Below, piece after piece: positions 1-11,900 of a DNA stretch of 20,000 nt (position 1 is the stretch's first letter; each line of letters begins with the position of its first letter). The position numbers were made by a program, and so were the translations under genes. The notes below the pieces were generated by a model. That model worked only from the letters and a program-made list of their open reading frames with translations, did no database searches and was not told the origin of the DNA. Origin of the DNA: Catajapyx aquilonaris (lineage: Eukaryota). The stretch covers positions 108,743 to 128,742 of the forward strand of contig KZ538088.1 of NCBI GenBank assembly GCA_000934665.2, read 5' to 3'.

Positions 1-264
1 CATCCACTTCCTTTTATAGCCGAAACCGAGAGAAGAAGTTCATATTGGGAGTGGCGGCACTAAAGAATTTTTGATTACAGGCCTTCTCGGGTTTGCATAA
101 AACATTGCCCAGGCCCGCTTCTAGATAAGGAAGAAGAAAAAAAAAGTTAGGCTGAAAAGCAAATATGGACAGAAGGAGATATCGGGTATTCTCTGGGGCA
201 GCTTTTTGTGCACTCAAAAGAAACGAAAAACCTGGATTCCCCAGTAGGACTGGCTGCCACTTAC

Positions 265-468
265 TCTGGATGCCGGTCGAACATGATGGGAAGGTACTCG
301 TCCACCGGGACCATCTTGTCCAGGGGATCAGCTGCCAGCAACTTCTTGGCGCCTTTCAAGCTGATTATGTAGCACAGAGTCCAGTAGGAATAGTCCACCC
401 AAACGAGCTGTCGGGCACCGTCAACCCAGGGCTCGTACATATCGTTCTGGCGTTTCCTTCCCAGGTAG
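265..468 (-). CDS. COLGALT1: Internal exon of a procollagen galactosyltransferase (GT25 family, COLGALT/GLT25D homolog)
   Basis: Encodes (I)[67 protein letters not shown], matching the COLGALT YxGRK...YSYWT...GAxKLL...PVDExLP region. On the minus strand the acceptor is ttttag| and the donor |gtaagt. 204 nt, phase 2 to phase 2. Confidence 0.95.
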
Positions 469-3211
469 CTAAAACCCAAACATTAACCACTCATTAAACT
501 AATCACGGATAATCTTTCCCCTAATAAGCTCATTCTCTCCGTCGGATGTTTGTCAGACGTGATAGTATCGGTTTTTCTCGCACGACCTGAGCGTGGCGGG
601 AGTGTGCAGAGGAAGGGTGGGCCATCTATGCCTAAATAATAGTACTACGTGGAAAATCGGCGGGCCATCGCATTAAATATTGGTTAATTGTCACTGTTAT
701 ACTGATTTATATGTTTTGCCCCCATTTTGGCAACGGGTCCACTAGTTTGAATGTAGTCTATTTTCTGCAATGCTGCGACTGGAGATCATCGAGGCAACAC
801 AGTGATTGCTATATTCCAACAGCGCAGCGGTCACAACATTGCGTTTTTTTTTGCACATATCCACAAATCATCGGGTGTTGGCAGGTGGTACGTGGACACT
901 TTTTGTAAACTGCCGGCAATTACTGAGAAATATTGCGGGTCAACCTCAGGGGCATTCGCAGAAATAATGAACGACTGGATGTGATTCCAGCACTTTGTTT
1001 TTTCTCTCGCCGATTATTTTTTGTTGTTAACCCCCCATCGGAACCACGTGCAGCGATATTTCGATGGCAACAGATGAGAGTATCCGTGAATGGCGCTTGC
1101 TACGTCGGGAAAACGGTACTGCATGGTGCGCTGATAGGATTTCCAATCGAGGCTCGGACAATTGAGGCACTGCCCTGCCGTATTCTATATGCATCGGCAC
1201 AGCGATTCCAGTTGTGGCCTGTACAAATTGAAAGACCATTACCGTCGAATCAGGACATTGATGGCCACCGACTCTGTTTTGCTGCTCCTAAATGAAAGGA
1301 ACTTTTCAGCCTGGCAGTGGAAAAGGCGTTCGGGGTCAGTAATAAACAGAATAACTCATTGCTGAAATATACAGCCAGTACAAGTTGGATGAAGTTATGC
1401 ACAAATTCTGAATAATTCAATTTCGCACATGTTTTAGAATGACTGTACTGTTACGACTTGGGAAAGTGCATCTGGACCTGACATGGACTTGTCCAGAACT
1501 TACAGTTTTTTTTTTTTCGCCAGTGCAAATATACCAAATGTCCACAAAAAGTGCACAAAAGGGAAGGCGCTGCTTTTCGTTTGGCGCAATGACATTCACT
1601 CTCTCAAAATGCAACTGGGTGAAAGTGACGATAAATACAGCACTATGCAGACTCGCAGTAGGACATTGGAAGCTGGCATGCACAAATCCCGTTCCTTTTA
1701 ATCCCCCAGAGTTCTGCATGCGTGGGTATTCTTTAAAAAAAAAAAGCATCGATAATCCACTCCAATCTAGATTCGCATCCTGGTATTACCCACGCCACTT
1801 GTTCCATATAATTCCTGGAAAAAGCTTAAAACATGGTCCATTTCCCTTCCGGAAGTGCTGTATCAGCTGACAGCAGGACAACCCGCGCCATGTACAATCC
1901 CACTGCCAATATTGCGGTTTCAAATTCAAAACCCAGTTTTCCCCCCAGCTGAGTGCAATACAAATGCAAAATCAGGACCCCTGTCAGTGCATGTGTGACC
2001 TGCTCCGTTTAGAGCCATAAAAAGCTTATCCGGCTGTCTAAGACTATACACCTCTTAGAGAACTTGAAATATACATGACGGTCAACGTGCCCCGGATAAA
2101 TTCACGACGTGTCTTCCCAATTCCGACAGCCGTAAACGTGAGGCTGTAACATCGCGACAATAGCACTAAATTAATTAAACCCATAGTCAAGTCTCCAGAT
2201 CCTGCTAAGATCATTACTAGGCCGGGTAATGAAGCACATTACGACTCCAGCACAGCCGGCTAAATCTTTCGATAATGGTTGACCCCCATGGAAAAGACGG
2301 ATGGGTGCCGATGACCTGGGCAATAATGGCAGGACATTAAAAAGGACGTGCATACTAATTAGAACGCACCAGCGGGGAAGGGTATTATTATACTGAAAAA
2401 TGTACAGTTCCTCGCATGACAAGCCTGCTGCATGCGAAATGAACTCTGCAGAGTTTCCTGTAATTTCTGCAAGGACTGAACGCCGCGGGAAGCAGTCTCA
2501 CTTTTTTTCCAGCAGTTTCTGGGGAAAAGTTGCTGCTACACAACATCTGCAGGTTACACTAATGCTCCACATGTCACTCCCAGCAGCTATAGTTTTGTTT
2601 GTTTTCCTGGGCCGAGTTGACTCCTCTTCGAACCAGTTTTTTTGTCACCCTTAATTTGGCGAAATATATTCAGGAGGCAGGATTTGCAATGAAGAACAGT
2701 ATCAACTAAGAGTTTGCGAGGAGGATGCACATTAGGCTTACAATATGACGCGACTAATGGGGCTGAAGAGCAATCTTGTCGGAAAATTATCCTACGTTTT
2801 CTAAAAAGGGGTAAGAGGGGAAAGCGGCTCTTTGAAGAACTTAATCTTCCTCTCTATACGTGGAAGGGCTCAACTGAATAAGCCACCTCTCTCCTATGGC
2901 AAAATCCTCAGAGAAGGATTCTATACTAGATTCAATGATCGCATGCAGGTAGAACTATCACGTCTCCAGGCAACGCCGGATCACCGGGACCGAATCCTCC
3001 GCAGAAAACCCGTAAGTGAAGAAGGCACCTCAGGATTACAAAGGAAAAGAAAAAAGAACCTACGATTGGCTTCCGCATCGATAACTCCTAATTTAACCTT
3101 GCCATCAGACTCGGCCCGGAGAAGAGCTACAGTAAATACACTCTGAATCAACTGTACAGAGTTGTCTCTGGCCGCTAGCAAAATTTTTCTGTAAATAACA
3201 AACAAGCTCAC

Positions 3212-3339
3212 ATGAGATCCCAATCCAGCTGCAGATATGTGGCTTCTTGCACTAGGCTCTGCACTTTGTGGCGGAAGTAAGGCTCGAATCGGATATCATC
3301 TTCGAAGACGATTGCATTCTGGAGATTTCTCACCACCAT
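3212..3339 (-). CDS. COLGALT1: Internal exon of the COLGALT homolog, carrying the EDD motif
   Basis: Manual translation gives [42 protein letters not shown](I). Acceptor attttcag|, donor |gtgagc. 128 nt, phase 0 to 2, joining in frame to the 468 exon (AT|C = Ile). Not present in the ORF track. Confidence 0.95.
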
Positions 3340-3412
3340 CTGAAAATGGGTCGAATTTCCTAATGATCTCGGCAGGGTGAACCGCCAACAAAATCGAAGA
3401 GACGATTCTTAC

Positions 3413-3470
3413 CTCTCTCCATATGTTGTAATGGCTCAAGAAGCACCCAATTTCCCCAAAAGTCATCGGC
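3413..3470 (-). CDS. COLGALT1: Small internal exon of the COLGALT homolog (GEIGCFLSH motif)
   Basis: Translation (R)[19 protein letters not shown] is the hallmark GT25 motif. Acceptor tctcttccag|, donor |gtaaga. 58 nt, phase 2 to 0, followed by a 73-nt intron (3412-3340). Confidence 0.95.
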
Positions 3471-3894
3471 CTGGAAGAGAGAGAAAATTTGAACCAAAAA
3501 AATACACTAGGATACTATACCACAAGTTTTGGATGACGTCATTTGCGATCTAAATCCTCTAGGCTCGCCTTGGAAACGCGGCCCATATAATGAACTAATT
3601 ATATTGGACATGTTGCAAGGAAAGACAGCAGACTTGAAGAAAACACTTGCCCACCAAACAAAGTAAAACTTTGGAATAAAGGTGGGATTAAGAAAGGCTT
3701 CTTCAAAATGCCGGGCTCGTTTGAGAAATTATTTCCCAATCAAGTCACGTTCCGCCTAGAAATATCTTTTAAAACATTAAGTCAACCCTTAACAACGACT
3801 GAAGCGCTAATTGGAATCTTCGCGAATACAGAATAAAACGATTTGCGTCATACCCACAAACATTTTGCATGGCCAGTATTAATTAAGATTTATA

Positions 3895-4720
3895 CCGTCA
3901 AACGGAGTGCTGAGATTGTGCGCTTGTGCCACTTTTGGACGTTTTTCTGGCAAGCAAAACCAGAGTAATTGATATATCGGAACGAATATTTTACACAACA
4001 TTGCTGCACATCTCACCTTTCAGATCATACGTGAAAATCATTTTTATATACTAAGGGAGGGGATATATAAATTCTTTCCCGTGCCACAATTTTACCCCAT
4101 CGAGTGGGGTGAGATTGGGTCAGCCTATTTAAATGCTTGAAATCAATAGGAAACTAGTAATGGGTATACCGTCCGTAAAAATTAGCATCTTTAATATGCG
4201 AAAAAAACATTTTTTGAAACATGGTGCAATTAGATAAAAAGTGAAGGTGGCGAGGCGAGATTGTGCCACTGTTTTTCCCCCATTATTTCCATGATTTTCA
4301 TGTGTGACAGTGATGGGAATGGTTGACGTGAAGAAGATCGGTCGGACGCTTCGGCAGAAATCATGGCTAACATGTCTGCGATGAAAAAAAAAGAGTAGAT
4401 AATTGGATGTGAGCAAAGCGATCAGACGAGGAGTACTGCAGCTAGCGCAACGGCGACGAAAAAGAACATCGAATTGGAGTGTGGAATGGAGAATAAAATC
4501 GGATGGCCCACGTCCGCGAAAATCAAACTGGGTGGAGGAAAGGAAAAATTAATATAATTATGCATTTTTAACCGAAATAACGTTAATGATTTAACGGAGT
4601 AACGGTTTATTAACGGAATATGCCTAATTTCGCTAATTTACGCATGCTGCCAAGTAGGGTGAGTTGTTGTCCCAAAAAACGCACTGGCTCAATCTCACCC
4701 CACCTGGCACAATCTCACGG
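3895..4720. mobile_element. Degenerate TA-flanked MITE-like element(s), probably Tc1/mariner-pogo superfamily
   Basis: Ends are TA|CCGT (3893) and ACGG|TA (4722). The inverted pair GTGGGGTGAGATTGGGTCAG (4104-4123) and CTGGCTCAATCTCACCCCAC (4684-4703) matches at 18/20. GAGATTG recurs at 3912, 4111 and 4257, and in reverse at 4690 and 4710. Confidence 0.6.
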
Positions 4721-6222
4721 TATGCGTGAAAACGGCGCACGTCATTGATAGTCGCAACATTACTTGTGCGTCTCCAGGCATAAACCAAGCCGAGTAATGT
4801 CGTCAAGATGAATGTCGCCCCAAAGCAGCAGAGTATTTACTCTGGTTCCTCCCCCGATAGGGTGACAAAATATCATTAGAGGCAACAGAAATGAGCTCTC
4901 GCCAGATGCGCCGACACGTACTCTGAAAGCGATGCAAAACCTTTCTCCTTTTTGTGTCACAACGTGCTTTCTGTCTGGAATATACACCCCAAAATGTGGC
5001 GGATAACGTGTACCCGCAGGGTTCCGTCAGATCAAAGAGGATTGGCCTCCTGCCAAAGAGCTATGATTTGTCTGAAATCTACGGGATTATCAGCCTCCAG
5101 CCTCCTTTTTGCCCTATCTTTCGGGTCCTGTACGCCAAACACCGCTGTTCGCAATATAATCTCCGCCTGCATTTTGCCAGAGGTCTACAACACTCTGAAG
5201 GATCAAAATTGTCTTCATTTCAACTGGTTTATCAGCCGAAGCATGCCTAATAGAGTAACAAGCACTCCAGACACTGAGCACCTGAAGTCTGAGCCACCTG
5301 CAACACAAAAGGACCCGAAGTTTTGCCTGCGCCCAAGGATGTTTAATGAACGTGATCCATTTCGTTCGAAGTAATATTAATGTCGGCTCAGGTCGGATCA
5401 TAAATTTCATTTCATCAAATATGGCTGAATGTCGTGAGCATTACAATAGTGCGCATAATCGTAAAGGCCACGATATCAGTTTACTGTTCAACTTGGGCTA
5501 AAAATGCCTAGCAATAAATCACCTGCTATCCGAAAGTTCTATACATGCTTGTTTTTTTAAGTATCGCTAATATTTTGCAAAAAAAAATCACTGACTATAA
5601 CAACACTGTGTGGACAGTATTAGTGTGCAGCTGTAAATTATTACTCTGGCTAATGCAGCTATGCATAAAGGCGTTTTAAATGTGGGTGATTACACGCATA
5701 AGCGACTTCGCTTGCCGATTGATTTCATGGCTAAAATCCGTACTAACATCATCACAGTGTCAGTGGTGATCTACCGTGTCATAACAATGAGCGATTAACA
5801 AATTGCATCACTGCATGTAGGTCACAAGCACATCTATGTCATTCAGATAACATGCCCTGCGTTAACCAGAGTGATTAAGATAAATGACGGTTGTAAAATG
5901 TTGTGATAAGCTGCGAGCTCGAAAGTGGCGAAATATCGCCAGATTTTAGACCCGTGATATCCCGTGAATAATCGCTTTTATTTGGGTATGACATTTGACA
6001 TATGAAACGATTTCGTTTGTCAAGGAATGTTCAAAGCATGCCACCGCTTCAGCGTCACAATTAATATTGTCAAGTTATATAAGCGGCAGCGTGCTTGACT
6101 CTTGGCAAAAGCAAAATATTTCAGTGAAGGATCATTCATCACGATATACAAATATTCGTAAACCTCCATTGGAATTCATGCGACAAAGCACTTGGCGTGC
6201 ATTGCGTGGCGGAGATACGTAC

Positions 6223-6297
6223 CTTTTATGGTAGGGATCCATATATTCAGGCAGCATTTTTATGCCCATTTCGTCCAAAAGCGTCTGATTCAACTTT
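6223..6297 (-). CDS. COLGALT1: Internal exon of the COLGALT homolog
   Basis: Translation KLNQTLLDEMGIKMLPEYMDPYHK(R) resembles the COLGALT xGIxMLPxYxDPYHxR motif. Acceptor cctcttttcag|, donor |gtacgt. 75 nt, phase 2 to 2, and AG|G joins to the next exon as Arg. Confidence 0.92.
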
Positions 6298-7899
6298 CTG
6301 AAAAGAGGAAGCCAACCATCAGAGTAAAGCAGCGAAATCGTGACAAAAACCCGGTTCACAATAGACCTTTTTTTTTTTGACAGAATGACATCCCTTGATG
6401 TATGACATCATGCAAAACCCATTACAGTGACTGATCCAACGGAGCGAAAGAAGTGCTCTCTCTGTAGAGACGAATTTATTATCCGAACACCAAGAGGCGC
6501 CCCATGTTGAATCAATTCATCAATTAAACACACTTGCACTGCATCAGAAATGATTTCAATTGCGGATCCGGCACAACAGCAAAGCCCTGCAAGTATCCAG
6601 GCGTCCTATTCAAGAACCAGGATTTACAACGGGAAGCTCTGGATGAAACCATGTAATGGCCAGAGTAAATCACAATATCATGGCTTACTCAGCCAGTTAT
6701 TGCGTGAGCCTCATACCGCTTCACACTGTGTGGGTTCCACCGCTTCTTAAAGGGCATATCTCGAATGACATTGCCAAATATTTAACAGTAATATTTCTGA
6801 ATCACAGTTCAAAACATTTTGCATTTTTTGTTTGTTTGTAGAGGAGCTTATGAGAGTGCTGGTATCAAAGTTGTCGACAGCCACAAACAGTGAAGCTGCA
6901 CGTCCCTTGTATCAACATGGTAAGCCGTCCAATATCTCTCCTCACCCTCCAGCACCTGTTGAGAATGAAGCAGATGCTGAGTTCAGAAGTTGTCAAGCCC
7001 ACTAGCGTCCTAATTCCAGAACAGCTCTCTTACAAAATCTACAAGTCGATTCAACCGCACATGTCACCATATAAATTAAGCATCCGCCTCTTGCACACAA
7101 TACAGGGTGTCATGTAATCAACGTTTGTCGTTAAATAAAACTCAATAAGGCAGGCCTTGATAGCAGGCTTTCGATATAGGCCACCCTGATTATTATTTAT
7201 GAACAATCGCTATCAGCAGCCAGCTTGTGCATTCCATGGCTCTGTTTCTGCGGTTATAAAGGGCCAGTGCGCTGGACTTTGACCACGTTCCCCAATAATC
7301 AAGGGTGCAGAACCCCCCTGAGGTAACGCAATAGTCGCGGAGGTATAGGAGGAAATGGGTTCACAAGAACTGATTCTATTTGCTTTTGACTCGCGGGAAA
7401 GGCTTCCACTTCCGCTCATCATCCGAGGGGCCCCAAATACATTACGATGTCTGTGCTCGGCCCTCTGTGATGTTTACCGCTTCAATGAGCTGGTAGAGTT
7501 CTGCCGAATAACTTACCAAGATCGAGCCGGCAGCGAAAATATTCAAGAGGTATTACATGCTGCATTGTACAGTGCTGAAGAGTGATGTAATTATGCAGAT
7601 TCACGAGGATTACATGGTATAAAGGGTTGAACATTCCCGTACTCACGCTTTGTAATCAAACATAACCACGAATATGCTTATGTAAAATAACCTCGCAAAT
7701 CAAAGCACATGGAAGTAATAGAAAAATATGGCGCTTACAGACAAGTTAATAATAATCAACGTGTAAAATATTGTCTAAAGTTACAGTCTTAGTCTGAAAC
7801 TAAAAATTAAAATTCACTTGCAGCTGTGAAAATATAGCCAGTTCTATACGAAAAAAATGGTGTTACGTACAGTATATGGACGAATAAATTACACTAACT

Positions 7900-8965
7900 C
7901 AAATGGAATGCGCAATTCAAACTTTCCCACAGTCCTCGCTTTTTCATATTAAACTCTCTGAAATGGATTTCTTTTCCGAAACATGTCCCTGACACCTGAT
8001 GTAATCCAAATGGTTGCCGACCAAGCTGATCTAATATCCCGTTCGGCATTTTCTCTCTTCTTTGCGGAGTCGAATCGCAAAAATCTACCCCTCATATTTT
8101 GCGCTAATAATTCTCAAACTCCATCCCAAGTTCTGGCAAGAGTCGACTGCAAAGAAAGTGCTCGCCGAAATGTATTTTCCTCTTCGAAACGTGGCAATGA
8201 AGCTTGGGGGAAACGTCGTCATAAAGGACAACTTACGATGGCACCACGCGTGGGACGTTAATGCTCCTAAAGACTCCCCCGTCTTATGAGTTTCAGTCTC
8301 TTTTATTACAATATTTCAGCTTTATACCTTATTTGCGTGCAAATCAAGCCTCCGCGAATGATGAAACTGGGCCATATCCCCAGCACGTAATTTCACTGAA
8401 AGGGGTAGCTTTAACCTATTACGAGAAAACACAACAAACTCTCTTGCAACCTAATAGCTATAAAAACACAATGTAATCCTAGAAGAACGGTTCTTTCCTT
8501 AATTTCTTATCGAGCGTTGTTTGTAACCAAGTTTAGAAAGCTTCATGCCAGGTGGCAGCCGCCATTGAGCGCAAATTTAATAATTGAAAGTGACAAGAAT
8601 ATTCCGATGCAAATGGGCAAAGTACAGTCCATCAAACGCAGATCAATGATTCTAAAGCCCATTGCCATCTACCCTACTTTGTCACCCCCTGACTTTGCAT
8701 TCAAGTTGCACCCTTCGGTCTAACTTGGTTAAATACTGGGATAGACAGATGCAGAAGTTTCTTTAAATTATTCAAAAATAGAAGCTTGGGAGCATCTTGG
8801 ACTATGGCATGATGCAGTGCTGGGAGACGGAGAAAAGAAATCTTCAAATGGCCCCTTTCATTTGCGAGTAAATGTGTCTTGAAGTAATTATGTTGATATA
8901 GAAGCAAGTGAAGTACGGGCAGCATCCATTAACGAACTTTGGCTCATTTAGTTAAGCCCATAACG
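7900..8965 (+). pseudogene. Possible heavily decayed Cdc123-like (R2K ATP-grasp) coding relic
   Basis: Fragments across frameshifts and stops: TFP (7921), KLGGNVVIK...APKDS (8200-8277), LII(R)K*.NIPMQM (8577-8615), LHP/PFG (8703-8719), WETEK/EIF/NGPFHLRV (8821-8870) and ELWLI*LSP* (8934-8963). These resemble family motifs as I recall them. No search was run. Confidence 0.35.
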
Positions 8966-11900
8966 TAAATGACTAGAACGAGCTTGAAAAAGTTATTCCC
9001 TAACTGTTCAACTTTAATGTTGGAGAGGCCGAGGAAAAGGTAAAAACAGGAATTCAAATGATAACTGCTATTCCAAGAGCGCTTTAAAATAGTACTAATC
9101 TGACAATAGCCCTGGATGTTTAACAGAGCCCTTGCGCAGTTGCGCACCAGAACCACTAATGACTATATAACGTACGGTTGAAGTAGCTCAATCGCTACGT
9201 GGAAATTTAGGCACCTCGTTTCACAACATTGCTTCCAAAACTTGAATATGCTCCACTTATAATTCACATTTATATTTCGGTGGATGAAGCCGTTTTTTGT
9301 TACATTTAATTCTGAGAATTTCCGATTGAATGGCCAACCGATGTCACCATGCTTCGACACCTTCGCTGCTTTTCCCTTTTAAGTGAATCCACAGCTGTAC
9401 CACGGATACGTAGTAAACCTATACAGTCGTGATTTATGGTCTACCGCAAACATTCTAATGTCTACAGTTGACCTCTCAGAGGTCTAGTACTCAATAAAAG
9501 TCACTTCTGTCGCCCCCACAGAAGGCAGTCGCTCCTGTAGGATGTGCAGGAAGTACACAAAAAAATGCAAGAATCCTCCGAGGCGTGTCTTCAAAGTCCC
9601 AGCACGATCGACCAACTAAACAAAAGACGTGTCAGGAATGCGATTGCGAATCGTCAGCGACAAAGTGGCCGCCATTTGCCGCCGTATAAAAGCTGCGGGA
9701 TCTTATAGATTACCTATACGACTTCTATACTCTTCAGTCTAAATTCCCAAATGCCACTTTAGTACGGAACCATACTCGGATTTTCCTCGGCACCTTCCGG
9801 GGATTCCTGTGCTTCCTGGTATGTCGCGAGTTGCTTCTGTCCAATTTGCGGGTGAGAGACCTTTTTTTTCCCCCCTCGGTAGTGTGTAAGTTCCTTTCGG
9901 CTTAGAACTCTAAAGTCAGGTTGGCTCGTCTCTTGATCCAGGGCTTGTCCGTTTTCCCCCGCCCCGAAGGAAAGCCACAGGAACGGTCTTATGCGGGCCG
10001 TGCAAACATGACGGCTGCGGGTAACCGTGAGTTATGGACGGTACGATGCTTTTCATCTAAGGTGAAACTTGTGAGACTCTAGTGACATGAGAAAGTAGAT
10101 CCTGCACTTGGTTGAGTTTGTCCAACACTTATGAGGACTATCTCTGAGATACCCTTACTTAGTTAGATAACCCTTACGACAGCATAATTAAAGCCGATCC
10201 AGTTGAGGCTTAAACAAGCCTCATAAAAGGAACTCTCATGCAACCAGTGCTATAGGCTAATGTATATCTCATAATAGCGTACTTTTTAAAGCAATGCCAA
10301 TAATAATTAGTTTGAACATAATAGTATATGCTTTCTAATATTTGTAACTATATTGATGCTGGATGAACTTCATGCATTGAAAACAACGCTATATACTATG
10401 GTAATTGACGCTGATGCAAAGAACAGATATTACAGTAAACCACAAACCAGACACAAACTGTACAGATTTGTTCACTGCACAAGGATCCAGTTCCAGACAA
10501 CGGGCTGCGTAGGTAAATAAGTTCCGGATTGTTAACCATAAGCAACCAGTATAAAGAGATGCAACCGGTGCTGTACTTACTGGAAATTCAGTTTCTCTGT
10601 ATCATATACTCATTATACTGCAACAAATAACGACTTCCAACTTCATCAGTGGTGAACTTGTGTCTTAGAAATTGTCATTTCCATCCTTAAGGACGGACTT
10701 ACCGCAATTATCTTTGTCAAGAACGCTCAGACTGTATAAATCTCCTTTACTATGTAAGCTTATTTCACAAATCCCTCTAAGTCCCTATGATTGAACGTAT
10801 AGTTAAGTAAGCACTGAGTATTTCAGAGGTAGTTGCATAATTGTCATAAACTGCGCAAAAACGTATAAAAGTAACATGTGCAGGAACGTAATGCTTGACA
10901 GGTTGTCTTTGCTGTAATTGGTAATAACAGCTCAGGTGAACAGCAACAGTGTTCCGTTGTGTGATTCAGTATAACAAAAGACCCACGCAATGTACACAGA
11001 TCGCTTACGGTTACAACTCCATTGTCAAGTCTAGCCTAATTACTGAAATAACAAGGCCAATGCTCCTATCTGGGGGCACGTGGCCATTGTGCAACATGAT
11101 GTTGCCCAATAATTCCGCTTGTTATTATCCCCTTTCAATAGCCTCAGGTGCGACGTAGATTTATGTTTCCCCGGCGCGTAACAATCTTTCACTCCAGATG
11201 TTGCAATTGGAATACAACAAAGTATGACATTGGCTCGCCACTTTGAAGATTAAAAAAAAAAAAAAAATCTAGTCTAACTATTCACTACACATTTTCCAGA
11301 ATATACGGCGATGAATATTGCGCAGGAAAATAAGTTATAAAAGCGGTTAGAAAAAGTATTCCACACAAACAGAACTTCTGCATTGAATAGTTAATAATGG
11401 TCGAATCCAATCGTATAATACTTTTTCCTCAATTACCGGGTACGGTTCTAATCATCTAAATTGCAGACAGATCATATTATAACTGCTACTCGTTATATAT
11501 ACACGAAGTCTTCCAAAGCAGGCCTTTAATTAATAAACGCCCCCATGATTCTGAAGTACTTTATAATTAGAGAAGAAAAATCCCGCCCTCTGATGTTAAA
11601 ACGGATTGAACAGATTGAATGACTAAACTCTTCAAAACCTCGCCGCTTCCTATAATAACTTCTAACAATATGCCGGATGTTTCAGTTTGGGAACTGTATA
11701 ATGTAGAAGTTACCAATTGGGTCCATACAATGCATGAGAAGAGCAATGTGTGGAATGAAATTTATAGAAAGCCTCCCATTCGCAGGCGCCGATTATCGTT
11801 AGACACCTACCGTACGCTACCACAGAGACTAGTTTCAGTCTGACAAAATATTTTCGTCGCCCACCACACGCTTGTTCTGACTGTTGAATTTGCACGAACC

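Noticed and set aside
1..122. Acceptor-like site (cttccttatctag) as the next COLGALT exon
   Set aside because: In-phase translation (ESGPGQCFMQTREGL*) hits a stop and lacks the expected PLLxxPTHY motif. The true exon is probably outside the window.
165..497. 110-aa plus-strand ORF
   Set aside because: It is the antisense shadow of the COLGALT exon at 265-468.
711..3146. Intronic ORFs of 60-143 aa (e.g. 933-1295, 1439-1870, 2832-3146)
   Set aside because: They have no recognisable domains, and several use non-ATG starts or run through homopolymers. This is consistent with chance or unidentifiable old repeats.
8380..8720. Polinton/Maverick protein-primed DNA polymerase C-terminus (LKGVALTY...PFG)
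   Set aside because: No DTDS, SLYP or KLxxNS motifs were found nearby. The Cdc123-like reading explains more of the fragments.
9684..10060. TATAAAAG followed by a GC-richer stretch, considered as an LTR, promoter or ribozyme
   Set aside because: No second LTR, TG...CA ends with TSD, primer-binding site or hammerhead/HDV core could be identified.
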